DNA from: an uncultured Acidobacteriota bacterium
GTDB taxonomy: Bacteria > Acidobacteriota > Terriglobia > UBA7540
Assembly (NCBI GenBank): GCA_963804995.1
Contig: CAWDSK010000001.1
Coordinates: forward strand, 1-64,000
Length of the DNA: 64,000 nucleotides
Reading direction: 5' to 3'
Part shown: positions 1-11,755 of the stretch, one piece after another
How positions within the stretch are numbered: position 1 is the first letter of the stretch
Layout of the letters: the number at the start of each line of letters is the position of its first letter
Translations under genes and position numbers: made by a program
The notes under the pieces: model-generated
Told to the model about the DNA's origin: nothing
The model's input: the letters and a program-made list of their open reading frames with translations, nothing else
Database searches by the model: none

Positions 1-499
1 CCGCGGTCCCGTACGTGTCCTAAGTAATAACCTTTTTCACGACGAGGTCCCGAAGCATGAGGAGGTGTTCTCTAACGCCCGCGCCGAGTCTTCCGTGACG
101 CGATAAAGTTCCCGTGTAGTCACTGACGATCGTATGGATTTCACGTCTGCCAAACCGTGGAATGTCAATCAAAATTCCAGGTTTTTCCTTGTGATCCTCC
201 TAGCCTTGAGTCTCAAGCCTATTGCATCTCTATTCTAGGCGGGAAACTTGGGCCCGGTCATGCCAAAATGGTTACTTTTCCGCACGGGCAGACCCGCCAT
301 CTACCTTCCCGCCCGGCCTGCCTGTACCTTCTCCGGCTCGCCCGCTGGGGCCTCTTGGAGCGCCTCGTAAACCCTGTCCGCTACCGATGTGAACGATGCA
401 GAGCGGCTCTTTCTTCGGGTCAGCGTGCCGGGATGTTCGCGTGGGTGGGCGGGACGCCGCGTGGCCATTTTGATGCGTTAATCCCGGCGACGAAGTATC

Positions 500-2077
500 A
501 TACGGGTCCAGAGAGGTCTGAATTGTCTGGCAGAAAACGCGACCTGTATACGGCGTTGCTGATCGTCGGGATTGCGGGAGCGGGCGCCTGGACGATCCTT
601 TACGCAACCCATCCCGGCATCGGGCTTTAATCCGATTCGACCATTTACCTCAGTCTCGCGCGCCGGCTGCTCGCGGGACACGGATACACGATCCTCGATA
701 TTCACGGGAATGTCGATCCGGTGCCCCGGTTTCCCTTCGTTTACCCGACTTTGCTGGCGCTGCCATGCCTGTTCCGAGGCGACTTGTTGGCGGGAGCTCG
801 GTGGATGGGAGCGATCCTTTTCTTTGCCAACGTGCTGCTGATGGGAGCAATTTCCTATCGCCGGTGCTGCAATTCCATCGGCGCGGCGGCACTGGCGGCC
901 TTTTTGGGTTGCGCATCCTACGATATGCTTAAATTTCACACGTTTGTCCTCTCGGACGCCGCCTCCCTGCTCTTTATGCTTCTGGCCTTCATGTTCGTGG
1001 GGAATTACCTCGAAAAGCCCTCGCCGGGATCCTTCGTTCGTGCTGCCGCGGCCACCGGGCTGGCGTTCGCCACCCGGTATGCGGCAGCCGCATTCGTTGT
1101 CGCGGGCTTCACAGCGATCCTCCTGTGGGAGAAGAGAGCCTTGGCGAAGCGCCTGCTCGATGCGGTCCTCTTCGGCTTGGGCAGCTCTTCCCTGATGATT
1201 TTGTGGATTCTGCGCAACATGCGCTATGACCAGGGGGCCACCGGGCGCCACCTGAGTTTCCACCCGGTCATGGACATGGCCCTGTTCAAGGAACTTCTTC
1301 TCGGAATCTCCGCCTGGGCGTCGAATGGGGATCTTGGGGCAGCGGATGTATATGTTCGAGCGACCATTGTGGCGGCAGTAATCCTGGCGGTGCTGGCGGC
1401 GGCTGCCCGCACGTCATTCCGCAAGCTGGGGACGGATCTCCGGCCGGCACTCCCGTTGCTCTACATACTCTCTTACGCCGTTGTATTGCTGCTGACTTCG
1501 ACGTTTCTCCAGGCGGACCTATTTGTCGTCAGCGATCGCATTCTCCTCCCTATCCACGTTTTTATGATCATTCTGGTGGTGTACCTAGGGAACAGGTTGC
1601 ACCAGAGACTGGAGGCTGGAGTGCCGAAGGCGGCGGCCAGCGTATTCTGCGTAGTCATTTCGGTGTGTTTCCTGGTCTGGATGACGCAATGGGCCCGCAG
1701 CACCCGCGAGGACGGACAGGGGTACGCAAGCTCCACCTACACGCATTCCAAAATGCTCTCAGACCATCCGCAGCCTGCCGAAGGACGCGCGATTCTATAG
1801 TAACCTCCCATGGCCCATAGGCATCTACACCGACAGACTCTGCTCGCTACTCCCAATCAGGATCGACAACGCAACCTTTGGAGAAAACAGGGAATACTGT
1901 GTCCAGATGGAGGAATTTGCGAGTACGATGCGCGAAGATGATGTCTACTTGGCCTACTTCAAGGAGGGGGACGCCTGGTTTGCATTTCCCTCAATGAAAG
2001 ACATGCAGTCGTTCGTTCCGCTGCGTGCCGTCGCGGAGACAGAAGATGGGACAATATACGCGGCGACGGGTCAGTGA
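500..2077 (+). pseudogene. ArnT/PMT-like multi-pass membrane glycosyltransferase, disrupted
   Basis: Hydrophobic ORF 721-1800 is in frame with upstream ...GIGL*SDSTIYLSLARRLLAGHGY (TAA 628-630). The C-terminus continues after a frameshift near 1758 (QTIRSLPKDARFYSNLPW...) to TGA 2075-2077. Start is approximate. Confidence 0.65.
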
Positions 2078-3400
2078 CCTGGGAGCCTCGCTCGCCTGAA
2101 GTCCCCATCGAGGAAATTTGAGGTGGCAAAGCACTCGCTGGGATTGATCGCGAGAAACGCCGCAGGGGTTAGATTCGGCTACATTCTCAACGGCGACGGC
2201 AAAAAAGGCCGTCGCCGATGTCAAAATCTTGAAAGAAGAGAGAATCGCCGAAGCGGATTCTGCCGCTGCCTGATCTTGAGCAGTCGAAATCGGCTGTCCC
2301 CAACACCCTCACATCCAAGAGTGGCCAACGCACGTACCCATCAACTGGCCCACCGCCTGCCCCGGCCGGATTCCGGTGTGAATACGGGGATACACAGAAA
2401 ATGACCCAACTCGACCAAGATACCAACCTAGGAAGAATCGCCAAGTGGTATGCAGACGCCAAGAGAAATCCTGGTCTCTGCCGTGAAGAGGCTATCGTAC
2501 GATGAGAAGCGCTTCCGGTTCTTTGCCGGGGCGGCCCCTGGAGGACCGCGCCCGGCCTCATCGTCGCGTTGAGTTTCCATCTGGCTATTCCTTGGCAGGT
2601 TGCGCTCCCGCCGCCGCTTCACCAGCCGGCGCCCATCTTGCAAGAAAACGCTTTCGCGGTACAATGCAATTCCAGCGAACGGCAAGGAGTGCCTTAACTG
2701 TTTGTCTCACCCAAGGGGACAACCCCACTGGGTTCCGTGCTCACGTTTTCGAGTGCCTCTATCAGGCCTTTAACCAAGACTCGATACCGAGAATCCTGAA
2801 TCAGGGAGAAGGTGTACTCTCCTCCCTGAAACAAGGAGGATTCGACTGGTCTAAGCTCACCCAAGAGTCCCTCACTGTCTTGCTCGCCGACCTCCGCAAC
2901 GCGGAACTCGAAGCATCGTTCCAGCTTCCACGGCCTTCTGAACCGTGACCTCAAGCGTGGGGCACGCTCCATCAGGTAGGCCGTTTCGCGTTCGAGTGAT
3001 GCGGATGGGCTGTCCAGCCGACTTCCCAGAACGTTTCGGGACAACGATGCGTGTCCTCCGTACTAATTCCGATCCGCAAAGATCGTCCGTTACACTGAGT
3101 GGCTCTTAACAATGTTGAGAGCTCACTCCTAAGTTTTTGAAACCGCGTGCGATGGGTTATTGTTGAGGGACGGTAGAACAGGTGGACTCCACGCTCGGTG
3201 AGCCGCTGGACAGCCAAAACCCGACCGGCGCGATTGCATTCAGAGGTGCTCGGCTGTATGTTATCGGTCTGTTGAAGATTGAAAACGGAAATTCCGGTTT
3301 ACTTGACTTCCGCCCGTCAAGACATCGGGTTTCTCAAGGGCTGGTAATCCCTCAATCGAGCCACCTGGCGTAGCTTGTTTGATTGAATCAGGGATTCGAC

Positions 3401-4789
3401 ATGTATCACCGCTACCACCTTCAGACGAGCCCCGCGCCCGAAATCGCGCCTTTCCCGAATCGCACACGGGTCAAAGTCAGCAAGCGTGGCTTGGCCATGC
3501 ACCTGCTCAAAGAGCTGGTCCGCTATCGCCAAAACCCGGAAGTTGCACTGAGTCGGCCCTGCGTGTACGGCGTCTTCTCTGGGCCGGTGGGGGGATTCGC
3601 TCCTCGGAGCAACTCGTGTGTGGGATGCCTGCGTTGCACGATTGAGCACCCCGAGATGGTCCAGGTACACCTTAATCCGGAACACCAGTATCTGGGTGAC
3701 TCGTACTTCACACCCGAGCACGTGGACACGACTTGCTATGAAGCACGCACTGGGAGGATACCCGTAAAGGGCGCCGGCTACCGAGGCCGCTTCGGAGGCG
3801 AAGGCTGGGACGGCATGTGGACCGACATGTCGGAGATCGTACGTCCCACACGCGACGGGATTCACGGTCGGGAGTTCATTTCGACAAGCGTGGATATTGG
3901 TCAGAAGCCACCCTTCCTTACTCTTGATGAACAAGGGGTCATGACTGGGGAAAGCGTGCGGACTTTTTCCATTCCAATTCCGGTTTTCATCGATGTGCCG
4001 CCGGCATCTGTCCTATCCCGCAAATTCCTCGAGATCCTTGTGGAAGCAGCGCAAGAGGCAGGGACGCTGCTCGTCTTGCCGGCCAAGGTGCTCAGCAAAT
4101 TCGCGTTTCAGGGACAGCAGATTGTTCCGCTGGTGGGCCGCGGGGACGCATACACACTCCCGAAGCTCCGCTTCAGGCCACGAATGATAGAGCTCGACGG
4201 GGGGAACGAAGCGTTGCTAAAAGAAACTCGGGCTCGCTTCCCCGAGGTCACGATCTGCTTGCGCTACGAACTTGCCTCGAAGGAAGAGCTATTAAGGCAC
4301 TATCGCTCGGGGTTCCGAGTGTTCCACCTGGTGGCCAATTATCATGGCAGGGGACGGAACGGGCGGTTCGTGCTGGACCTCATCCGGGAGGCGCACAAGA
4401 CCTTTGTCGAGGCGTCGTGCCGGGATGAGGTGACGCTCCTGGGGAGCGGTGGGATCATCGCCGCCGAGCATGTTCCCAAAGCCATTATCTGCGGTCTGGA
4501 TGCCGTCGCCCTTGACACACCCCTTTTAGCAGCCCTACAGGCGCAGTTTGTGGACGAGTGCGCCGACCGGGAGAAAAGCCGCTTCAAGCTACCCAGAAGG
4601 CTGGCCGTCGATTGGGGCGTCCAGCGCCTCAAGAACTTCCTGACTTCTTGGCGCGACCAATTGCTCGAAGTGCTGGGGGCGATGGGCTTGCGGGAAGTCC
4701 GCCGGCTCCGCGGGGAGATGGGGCGTGCAATGTTCCAGAAGGAGCTGGAGCGCGAAGCGTTTTCCGGGATCGAAGGCTATGGCCAATAG
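3401..4789 (+). CDS. Glutamate synthase-related FMN-domain protein with N-terminal Fe-S motif
   Basis: CVYGV...CVGCLRC ferredoxin-like motif; GAGYRGRFGGEGWDGMWTD; GSGGI..AEHVPKAIICGLDAV; LLEVLGAMGLREVRRLRG typical of the GltB2-type barrel. Confidence 0.8.
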   Translation: MYHRYHLQTSPAPEIAPFPNRTRVKVSKRGLAMHLLKELVRYRQNPEVALSRPCVYGVFSGPVGGFAPRSNSCVGCLRCTIEHPEMVQVHLNPEHQYLGDSYFTPEHVDTTCYEARTGRIPVKGAGYRGRFGGEGWDGMWTDMSEIVRPTRDGIHGREFISTSVDIGQKPPFLTLDEQGVMTGESVRTFSIPIPVFIDVPPASVLSRKFLEILVEAAQEAGTLLVLPAKVLSKFAFQGQQIVPLVGRGDAYTLPKLRFRPRMIELDGGNEALLKETRARFPEVTICLRYELASKEELLRHYRSGFRVFHLVANYHGRGRNGRFVLDLIREAHKTFVEASCRDEVTLLGSGGIIAAEHVPKAIICGLDAVALDTPLLAALQAQFVDECADREKSRFKLPRRLAVDWGVQRLKNFLTSWRDQLLEVLGAMGLREVRRLRGEMGRAMFQKELEREAFSGIEGYGQ

Positions 4790-6095
4790 CATGAAGACCA
4801 CCGAGCAGCTCATCATCGAGAAACATACCGCCTCTCTGCATCAAGGCTTTCACCTCTGGCCTGAGTTGAAGAACCGCAAGCTACCTGCACTGGGTGACCA
4901 CCGCTGGACGGCGGACTTGATTCTCTCCACCTGGGTGCAAGCCGAAACCGGGAAGCCGCCCACCAACGGCCTGGAACACCGCGTGGGCAATTCCGGTGGT
5001 GGCTTCGATGTGCTGGATTTCAAATTCCTGCCTGAAGATCGGCGTCTGTCCAACGACGTGGCAGTTGATCTCTCTATCCCGCTCAATCGCCGACCCTACG
5101 ATCGCCAGATCGAGATCCCTATCCCCTTCTATGGGGCGGGCATGTCCTTTGGCTCAATCAGCGAGCAAGTGATGTGCGCCAGAGCCAAAGCGGCCCAGGC
5201 ATGGAATACCTTCACGTGCACCGGTGAAGGAGGATACCCGGACTCGCTGGTCGCCTATAAAGACCACGTAATCACCCAAGTTGCCACCGGCATGTTCGGA
5301 GTGAGAGAAGAGACAATCCAGCAGGCGCCGATTATCGAGTTCAAGTATGCCCAAGGGGCCAAGCCAGGCCTGGGCGGACACCTGTTGGGCGATAAGGTGA
5401 CGTCCAGCGTTGCAAGCATGCGCGAGTCGCTTCCGTGGGTCAGCCTCTTTTCGCCTTTCCCATTTCACAGCGTCTATTCAGTGGAGGATCACAAGAAGCA
5501 CGTGGATTGGATCAAGACCATCAACCCGGAAGCACTCGTTTCCGTGAAGGTCTCGACGCCCACGGATATCGACATGGTAGCCGTGGGGAGTTATTACGCC
5601 GGGGCGCACATCGTGCACATTGACGGCAGCTATGGCGGGACTGGCGCGGCGCCGGAAATCGCTAAGAAGACCATCGCCATGCCCATTGAGTTTGCGATCC
5701 CCAAGGTCCATCGCTACCTGCTGCAAGAAGGCATTCGACAAGAGGTCGTGGTGATGGCCAGCGGCGGGATACGCACTGCTTATGATGTTGCCAAGGCGCT
5801 TGCTTTGGGTGCGGATGGAGCCGTCCTGGGCACGGCCGAATTGGTGGCCCTGGGCTGCACCCGCTGTAGCAACTGCGAGCGCGGCCGGGGCTGTCCCTTT
5901 GGGCTGACGACCACCGATCCGGAGCTATCGCAATTGGTCGAAATAGACTGGGGCGCGGAGCGGCTCGGCAACCTGTATCGGTCCTTCCAATTGCAACTCA
6001 GCGATCTGCTGCGCAGGCTGGGGCTCACGAGCATTCGCGATCTCGTGGGCAGGACTGATTTGCTCATCTATCGTGGTCGTGCGGGAGCGCGGTGA
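4779..6095 (+). CDS. Glutamate synthase FMN-binding subunit (GltB2-like)
   Basis: GMSFGSIS, TGEGG, QVATGMFGV, EFKYAQGAKPGLGGHLLGDKV, FHSVYSVED, GGTGAAP, ASGGIRTAYDVAKALALGAD, CTRCSNC...CP cluster motif. Confidence 0.9.
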   Translation: MANSMKTTEQLIIEKHTASLHQGFHLWPELKNRKLPALGDHRWTADLILSTWVQAETGKPPTNGLEHRVGNSGGGFDVLDFKFLPEDRRLSNDVAVDLSIPLNRRPYDRQIEIPIPFYGAGMSFGSISEQVMCARAKAAQAWNTFTCTGEGGYPDSLVAYKDHVITQVATGMFGVREETIQQAPIIEFKYAQGAKPGLGGHLLGDKVTSSVASMRESLPWVSLFSPFPFHSVYSVEDHKKHVDWIKTINPEALVSVKVSTPTDIDMVAVGSYYAGAHIVHIDGSYGGTGAAPEIAKKTIAMPIEFAIPKVHRYLLQEGIRQEVVVMASGGIRTAYDVAKALALGADGAVLGTAELVALGCTRCSNCERGRGCPFGLTTTDPELSQLVEIDWGAERLGNLYRSFQLQLSDLLRRLGLTSIRDLVGRTDLLIYRGRAGAR

Positions 6096-8695
6096 TGATC
6101 TCACCAGAAACGATCGACAAGATCCTCGCGTCCAGGAAGTCTCTCACCCCAGAAAGGGATGGACATTTAACCACGCGCAAAGCCGAGGCCGAGGGTGGCT
6201 GCGGCGTCATCGGAATTGCTTCGAGCGAGAGGATGCCGGGACGCCATCTGTTCCAGGCATTGGAGCAAATGCGCAACCGAGGCAACGGCAAAGGAGGCGG
6301 CATCGCAGCCATAGGGCTGGTACCCGAGGACCTGGGTGTCACTCGGGAGATTCTGGAAAACGACTACCTGCTCACCATCGCCTATCTCGACGCGAGCGCC
6401 AGGCCGGAAGTCGAACGAAGCTGCATCGAGCCAACCTTCGAAATCCATCATGCCCACGCCCTCCCCAGCACCAATGACTCGCGCATCCTTAAGAGGCTCG
6501 ACGTCAAACCTCCGGAAGTTTTCCTGTATTTTGGACGAGTGAGACCGGAAGCCATCGAAGGGTTCAAACTGAGGAATGGCCTGGCGGCGGCGGTGGTGCC
6601 GCCCACATCCCCGGAAAGCATTGAGGACGAAATCGTCTACCAGAACAGCTATCGCTTGAACCGTGCGTTTTACGCGTCCACTGGCGAGAAGCGCGCTTTC
6701 GTCCTATCGCATGGTAAGAACATGTTAGTACTCAAGATGGTCGGTTACGGTGATGACGTGATCCGCTATTACCAATTGGAGAATACGCGCGCCCACATCT
6801 GGATCGGCCACCATCGCTACCCCACCAAAGGCAAGGTTTGGCATCCGGGCGGTGCGCATCCCTTCGTCGGACTTCACGAAGCTCTGGTGCATAACGGCGA
6901 CTTCGCCAACTATGCCTCGATCTGCGAGTACCTCGCGCAGCGGAACATCTACCCTCTCTTCCTGACGGATACGGAAGTTTCGGTCCTCGTCTTCGACCTT
7001 TTCCACAGGACGTACGCTTACCCACTGGAGTACGTCATCGAGTCTCTGGCGCCTACGACGGAGCGGGACTTCGCACTGCTGCCTGAAAAAAGGCAGTCAA
7101 TCTACCAGCGGTTACAAACCGTGCATATTCACGGCTCGCCGGATGGGCCCTGGTTCTTTCTTATCGCCCAATCTTCCCAAGCACAAGGCGAGTACCGCTT
7201 GATCGGGATCACGGACACTAGCATGCTGCGTCCGCAGGTTTTTGCCTTGCAGGAAGGTCCGGTCTCAGTCGGATTCGCAGCCTCGGAAAAGCAAGCCATC
7301 GACGCTGCTTTGGAGAGCCTTGCCCGGGAAGATCCGCGATTCTGGTCGCACGCCGACCGCTACTGGAACGCTCGTGGAGGTAGCCACACGGACGGCGGTG
7401 CGTTCATTTTCACCGTCCATGCCAACGGGAATGGCCATGCCAAGCTGCAATGCACGGACAAGTTCGGCAGGGCCATCAGGCCTGGTGCGCTGCAGAAGCC
7501 GTACGATGGGCGTGCAACCGCTGTGCGAACCGACATGGCGCTCCCCGACGTTCCCGTTGATGAGCTGTTCGCCTGGGTCAAGGGGCAGTTGTCGGGGTGG
7601 GACTATGGAAACCTGCTCGCGTTTCTCAAGGCTCTGGAGCGCACTGCCGACAACGGCGATGACCGCAGGCGTGCCTTGGAAGTCGTCACGCTGCTGATGG
7701 ACCGTCGCTATCCCACGGGCGCGATGCGGCGCAGCAGCTTGCTCTCGCTCTTCGATCAGGGCTTGGGAGCGATCGTCGAGTCTGTCCGCCGATCTCCTTC
7801 CGAAGCCTATGTCTTCGTGGACGATTGCAGTTCTATGCCAAGCCCATCGGGGCAGGCGCAAACGGTCGTTCTAGACGCTCGCGGCTTTGCGGCAGAGGGT
7901 GAACGCTCGCTGGCCCGCACAATCGTTTGGCTTTACCAGCGCGGCTTTCGAAATTTCATACTGGCTCACGTCAAGGGACATCGGTTTATCGCCAATGGCC
8001 TGGGCGCCGGCACCAAAGGCGTCCATATCGACGTCTACGGCTCCTCTGGAGACTATCTCGCCTCAGGCATCGACGGAGCGGAGGTGGTCGTTCACGGCGA
8101 CGCACAGGATCAACTGGCCCAAATCATGAAAGACGGGAGGCTCGTCGTATATGGCAGTGTCGGCCAGACGTTTCTCTATGCAGGCAAAGGTGGGCACGCA
8201 TTCGTGCTGGGGAACGCAGCCGGGCGTCCCCTCATTAACGCCGTCGGTAAGCCCCGCGTGGTCATCAATGGGACCTGCCTTGATTATTTGGCCGAGTCGT
8301 TCATGGCGGGTGACCCACTCAACGGCGGTGGCTTTGTTGTCCTCAACGGAATCGCCTTGAGTGACCAGGGGGAGGTCGTCGAACTGGATACTCCCTACCC
8401 CGGCGGCAACTTGTTTTCCCTCGCTTCCGGTGGAGCGATTTACATTCGCGACCCGCATGGGAAGGTTTCCGAGGAGCAACTCAACGGCGGCGAGTTTAGC
8501 CCGCTCGAAGAACATGACTGGGCGGTGATCCATCCCTTCTTGGAAGAAAATGAGCGGCTGTTTGGAATTCCGGTGGCGTGGCTGCTTGAGGTCGATGCAA
8601 AGCCTTCGCTTCCCGCCGAGGTGTACCGGAAAATTCATCCTCGGGCGATCGGCCCGCTTCAACCCGAGGAGGCCTGGGTGAAGATGCATGTGTGA
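6092..8695 (+). CDS. Glutamate synthase subunit: class II glutamine amidotransferase fused to GXGXG domain (GltB1+GltB3-like)
   Basis: EGG-CGVIG Ntn-hydrolase Cys after a short propeptide; RNRGNG; GHHRYPT; GAHPF; VHNGD; TDTE; C-terminal beta-helix repeats (GSSGDYLASG, GSVGQTFLYAGKGG, SLASGGAIY). GTGA overlap with the preceding stop. Confidence 0.9.
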   Translation: MMISPETIDKILASRKSLTPERDGHLTTRKAEAEGGCGVIGIASSERMPGRHLFQALEQMRNRGNGKGGGIAAIGLVPEDLGVTREILENDYLLTIAYLDASARPEVERSCIEPTFEIHHAHALPSTNDSRILKRLDVKPPEVFLYFGRVRPEAIEGFKLRNGLAAAVVPPTSPESIEDEIVYQNSYRLNRAFYASTGEKRAFVLSHGKNMLVLKMVGYGDDVIRYYQLENTRAHIWIGHHRYPTKGKVWHPGGAHPFVGLHEALVHNGDFANYASICEYLAQRNIYPLFLTDTEVSVLVFDLFHRTYAYPLEYVIESLAPTTERDFALLPEKRQSIYQRLQTVHIHGSPDGPWFFLIAQSSQAQGEYRLIGITDTSMLRPQVFALQEGPVSVGFAASEKQAIDAALESLAREDPRFWSHADRYWNARGGSHTDGGAFIFTVHANGNGHAKLQCTDKFGRAIRPGALQKPYDGRATAVRTDMALPDVPVDELFAWVKGQLSGWDYGNLLAFLKALERTADNGDDRRRALEVVTLLMDRRYPTGAMRRSSLLSLFDQGLGAIVESVRRSPSEAYVFVDDCSSMPSPSGQAQTVVLDARGFAAEGERSLARTIVWLYQRGFRNFILAHVKGHRFIANGLGAGTKGVHIDVYGSSGDYLASGIDGAEVVVHGDAQDQLAQIMKDGRLVVYGSVGQTFLYAGKGGHAFVLGNAAGRPLINAVGKPRVVINGTCLDYLAESFMAGDPLNGGGFVVLNGIALSDQGEVVELDTPYPGGNLFSLASGGAIYIRDPHGKVSEEQLNGGEFSPLEEHDWAVIHPFLEENERLFGIPVAWLLEVDAKPSLPAEVYRKIHPRAIGPLQPEEAWVKMHV

Positions 8696-9260
8696 GCCTG
8701 TCCCTGCGCGAGTAGCTGTCGATCCACTCGGTTAAGCCATCCCTAGTAGGATCGAGGGCCGGCGCGGTGGTCTTACGACTCCGCTCTTGCCCGCTTGGCG
8801 ACAAAGTTTATGCAACCTATCTAGTCGGGAATGCTTTCGTCTTGGACTATGGAGCCAACACTTACTCCACATTCTCAAACCCCTTCAGTCTTCCTCTTGC
8901 CGTATATCTTCTGACTCCGGTCTTGCAGATTACCGGGCGTTTTTATTATTTCGCCCCTGTTTTCCTTTTCGTCAGAAGAGCTGCGGAGCACAGGTGACGG
9001 GCGTTTTCCCATAAGGGCGTTTCCCAATCCTCCTTGGCAGTTGATCTCGCCTCCGACCGCATTCGCGGATCGGGTACACTTCTCCGTGTAGCGCGTACGC
9101 GTCCAAGTGAGCGGCGCTGATCATGACATGAAGCGAGCTTCACAGGAGTTGTCGCTGAGAGCCACTTTTCAGGAAGTGGCACGGGCGCGTCTCGGTATCT
9201 GAGCCCGCCACCTGAAGAGAAGAATACCGAGACAAACGGAGCCGCGAAGGACCGAGGCGT

Positions 9261-10463
9261 TCAGTCTTCTGCGAAGAACCTTTTCTTAACCTCCTCGTTC
9301 ACAGGCAGGGCGGGCCCGGAGAAGAGCGTGTCCGGTTGGCGGCTGGGGTCCTGTGCGATCAAAGGCAATGCTCGTGCGCGACGGGCGTCCGCCTGCGAGC
9401 CCGTTTCCAGATAGAATTCCGTGAACCATAGGTTCGCGGTATGAATCACTTCGGTGTGGCGGTCGTGCTCCGCGGCGTAGGCGTGACCAGCGGTTTCCCA
9501 GTCATCTGTGGCCAGCAAGTGATCGCGCAGCACGCGGGCGTCGCGCAGGGTCAGCGACAAGCCCTGGCCCCAGGACGGGTCGCTCGCGGCCGCTGCGTCT
9601 CCAACGAGAGCCACGCCATCCCGGTAGGGATGCTCGATCCAGACTTCCGCTGCGTCGAACGTGGCGAGCGGCCCGGCCGCCTTCGCGCCATCGTAAAACG
9701 CAGGATTCACCCCCGTTCTCGTGCATCCCTCGATGTATCTCGGGAGGTCTGCTGTGCCCTGGTACCGAGGCTGGGTGCCCGTGTGAAAGCAGAGGTAGGT
9801 GCGGGCGCGTCCTCCGCCTTGAGGGAATACGATCGCGACCTGACCCAGACTGGAATTGATGACGATTTGGCCGATGTCTTCCGGCGCGCGTATGTTGTCC
9901 ATCAAAGCGCCGGCCACCAGCATGTCTTCGGGGTCGCGGCGAAGCTGGAAACCCACCGACGCACGTACAGTGGAAGATCGCCCATCGGCGCCGACTACCA
10001 ACCTTGCGCGTATCTCCTCGCGGTGACCGTTGTCTCCCGCAACGACGGTTACGGGGGTTCCCGGCAGGACTTCCTTGACACAGACTCCGCGCCGCACGCA
10101 CGCCCCCGCGCTCGCTGCTGCGCCGATCAGCAACTCCTGCATGGCGGGATGGTAGAACGAGAGGCAGGGAAGTTGGTGCGGTGTGGTGGCCACCACCGGG
10201 CGATGCGCCGTCAGGACATTCCCCGAATAGAAATCCACGCAGGGGACTTCGTGCGCGCACCGATCGCGCAGCAATTCGAAAACTCCCAGCCGGTTTGCCT
10301 CGGCGACGCCCCAGGGCGTCAGGAACTCCCCGCGCACGCGATCTTTAAACTGCCGGTCGCGCTCAAGAACCAGGACTCGCGCTCCGCGCTCCGCCATCGA
10401 ACCGGCGAGCGTGGAGCCCCCGAGACCTCCGCCCACCACAATGAGATCGTATTGCTCAGACAT
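9261..10463 (-). CDS. FAD-dependent monooxygenase/oxidoreductase (UbiH/FixC-like)
   Basis: VVGGGLGG...VLER, VVGADGRSS, LVGDAAAASDPSWGQGLS motifs; GGAGG RBS before MSEQYD. Confidence 0.88.
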   Translation of the reverse strand: MSEQYDLIVVGGGLGGSTLAGSMAERGARVLVLERDRQFKDRVRGEFLTPWGVAEANRLGVFELLRDRCAHEVPCVDFYSGNVLTAHRPVVATTPHQLPCLSFYHPAMQELLIGAAASAGACVRRGVCVKEVLPGTPVTVVAGDNGHREEIRARLVVGADGRSSTVRASVGFQLRRDPEDMLVAGALMDNIRAPEDIGQIVINSSLGQVAIVFPQGGGRARTYLCFHTGTQPRYQGTADLPRYIEGCTRTGVNPAFYDGAKAAGPLATFDAAEVWIEHPYRDGVALVGDAAAASDPSWGQGLSLTLRDARVLRDHLLATDDWETAGHAYAAEHDRHTEVIHTANLWFTEFYLETGSQADARRARALPLIAQDPSRQPDTLFSGPALPVNEEVKKRFFAED

Positions 10464-10617
10464 GATCGCCTCCTCCGACATTCCTTTCTTCTCCACCCAG
10501 GTCAGAGTACTCGATCGACAAAGGATTTGTTCCTAAATGATTCCTAGAGGGTTCCTAAATCTTTCCTAAGAGAGCGCAACCCGCAGCGATGCCCGCTTGG
10601 TATAATCTGATGACAAA

Positions 10618-11115
10618 ATGAGATCTGCAAAGAAACGGTTTTCGGTCCCCAGAGAGCTATGGGCTTTCCTCGAAAGCGGCGTTGCTGTGATTGTGGGCAC
10701 GCGCGACGTGGGAATGGTCCCCGAGATCACTCGAGGCTGGGGCCCGCGTGTCCTGAAAGATGGGCGAAGGATTGACCTTTGCATCGCATTCGGCGCGGGG
10801 CGTAAGACCCTGGAAAACCTTCGAGACAACGGCCAGATCGCACTCACGTTTTCCCTTCCCAGCAACTACAAAACGGTCCAAATCAAGGGGAGCTGTCTTG
10901 AAATCGTAGATTCCCGTTGAGAGGACCTGGCCGCGGTCGAGCGGCATCGGGAGGCGTTTGCCCGCCAGTCCGAGATGACCGGATTTCCACGGCATCTTAG
11001 TGAGGCCTTCTGGGGGAGAGAGCTCACTGCCTCACCAGCTCTCGTCAAGATCCGCTTCTTGGCTGAGCAGATTTTCGACCAGACGCCCGGGCCTGACGCA
11101 GGTTCACCGCTATGA
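10618..11115 (+). pseudogene. Pyridoxamine 5'-phosphate oxidase-like (split barrel) protein with in-frame stop
   Basis: IVGTRD...P...RGWG, LENLRDNGQIALTF, TVQIKG; TGA at 10918-10920, then the frame continues to the FDQTPGPDAG motif and TGA 11113-11115. Confidence 0.7.
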
Positions 11116-11633
11116 GGGCAACTTCCCCGCAGTTCTTTCCTCTGGACAACATAACATCGTGTTTCGAAGGAATCATTCCTTCGCCCATCTGTTCGTGCTC
11201 AGGTGCAGGAACCCCAAACCTGACATATCTCTCGATCGTGCATCTCATCGATGAAAATCACGTAGGACTTTCCTACCAGTTCTTCAACAAGACGAAAGAG
11301 AACATCCAGGAGAACCCACGAGCGCAAGTGATTGTTGTCTCGCCGGAGACTGCGGATCAATACCGCTTGGACCTGCTGTATGAGCGAACGGAGATGGAAG
11401 GCGCGTCCTTCGATTACATGAAAACGCGGCTGGAAGCTGTTGCGTCGCAAACCGGGATGAGTCATGTTTTCAGGCTGCGTGGCGTGGATATCTACCAGGT
11501 CCGCGATTGCCGGCCACTGAATGTGGAGGTCCGTCCGGGGGGCGCTGCTGCCCCTTTGCACGCACGGGCGGCTTCGTTCAAGTCGCCTTCACGCCTATTG
11601 GCAGCCAGTTGGCCGCATAACGCACTTCCATGA
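11112..11633 (+). pseudogene. PNPOx-like N-terminal domain of a GAF-type regulator, truncated
   Basis: CFEGIIPS...GTPNLTYLS...VGLSYQFFNKTKENIQENP...GMSHVFRLRGVDIY; similarity ends near 11530; ATGA overlap with the preceding gene. Confidence 0.65.
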
Positions 11634-11755
11634 CAACGAGCATTTCATGTCTGCACCCCAGGCCCGGCAGCACGCACAAGGGCGGTCCGAATGTCGGATC
11701 CAAAGGCAAGGATTCACCGCCAATGGTAAGCAATGTCCTGACTGGTCGTTTCACC

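Noticed and set aside
2401..2948. Protein-like fragments upstream of the glutamate synthase operon
   Set aside because: They span several frames with no recognisable family, so a call cannot be supported.
8697..8715. CCTGTCCCTGC resembling the rve IR
   Set aside because: Only 11 bp match, the AAAAC part is missing and no partner end was found.
9441..10547. 368-aa plus-strand ORF (likewise 24404-25276, 26610-27194 and 28242-29090)
   Set aside because: These are shadow ORFs antisense to clear genes or overlapping intron RNA, with no recognisable motifs.
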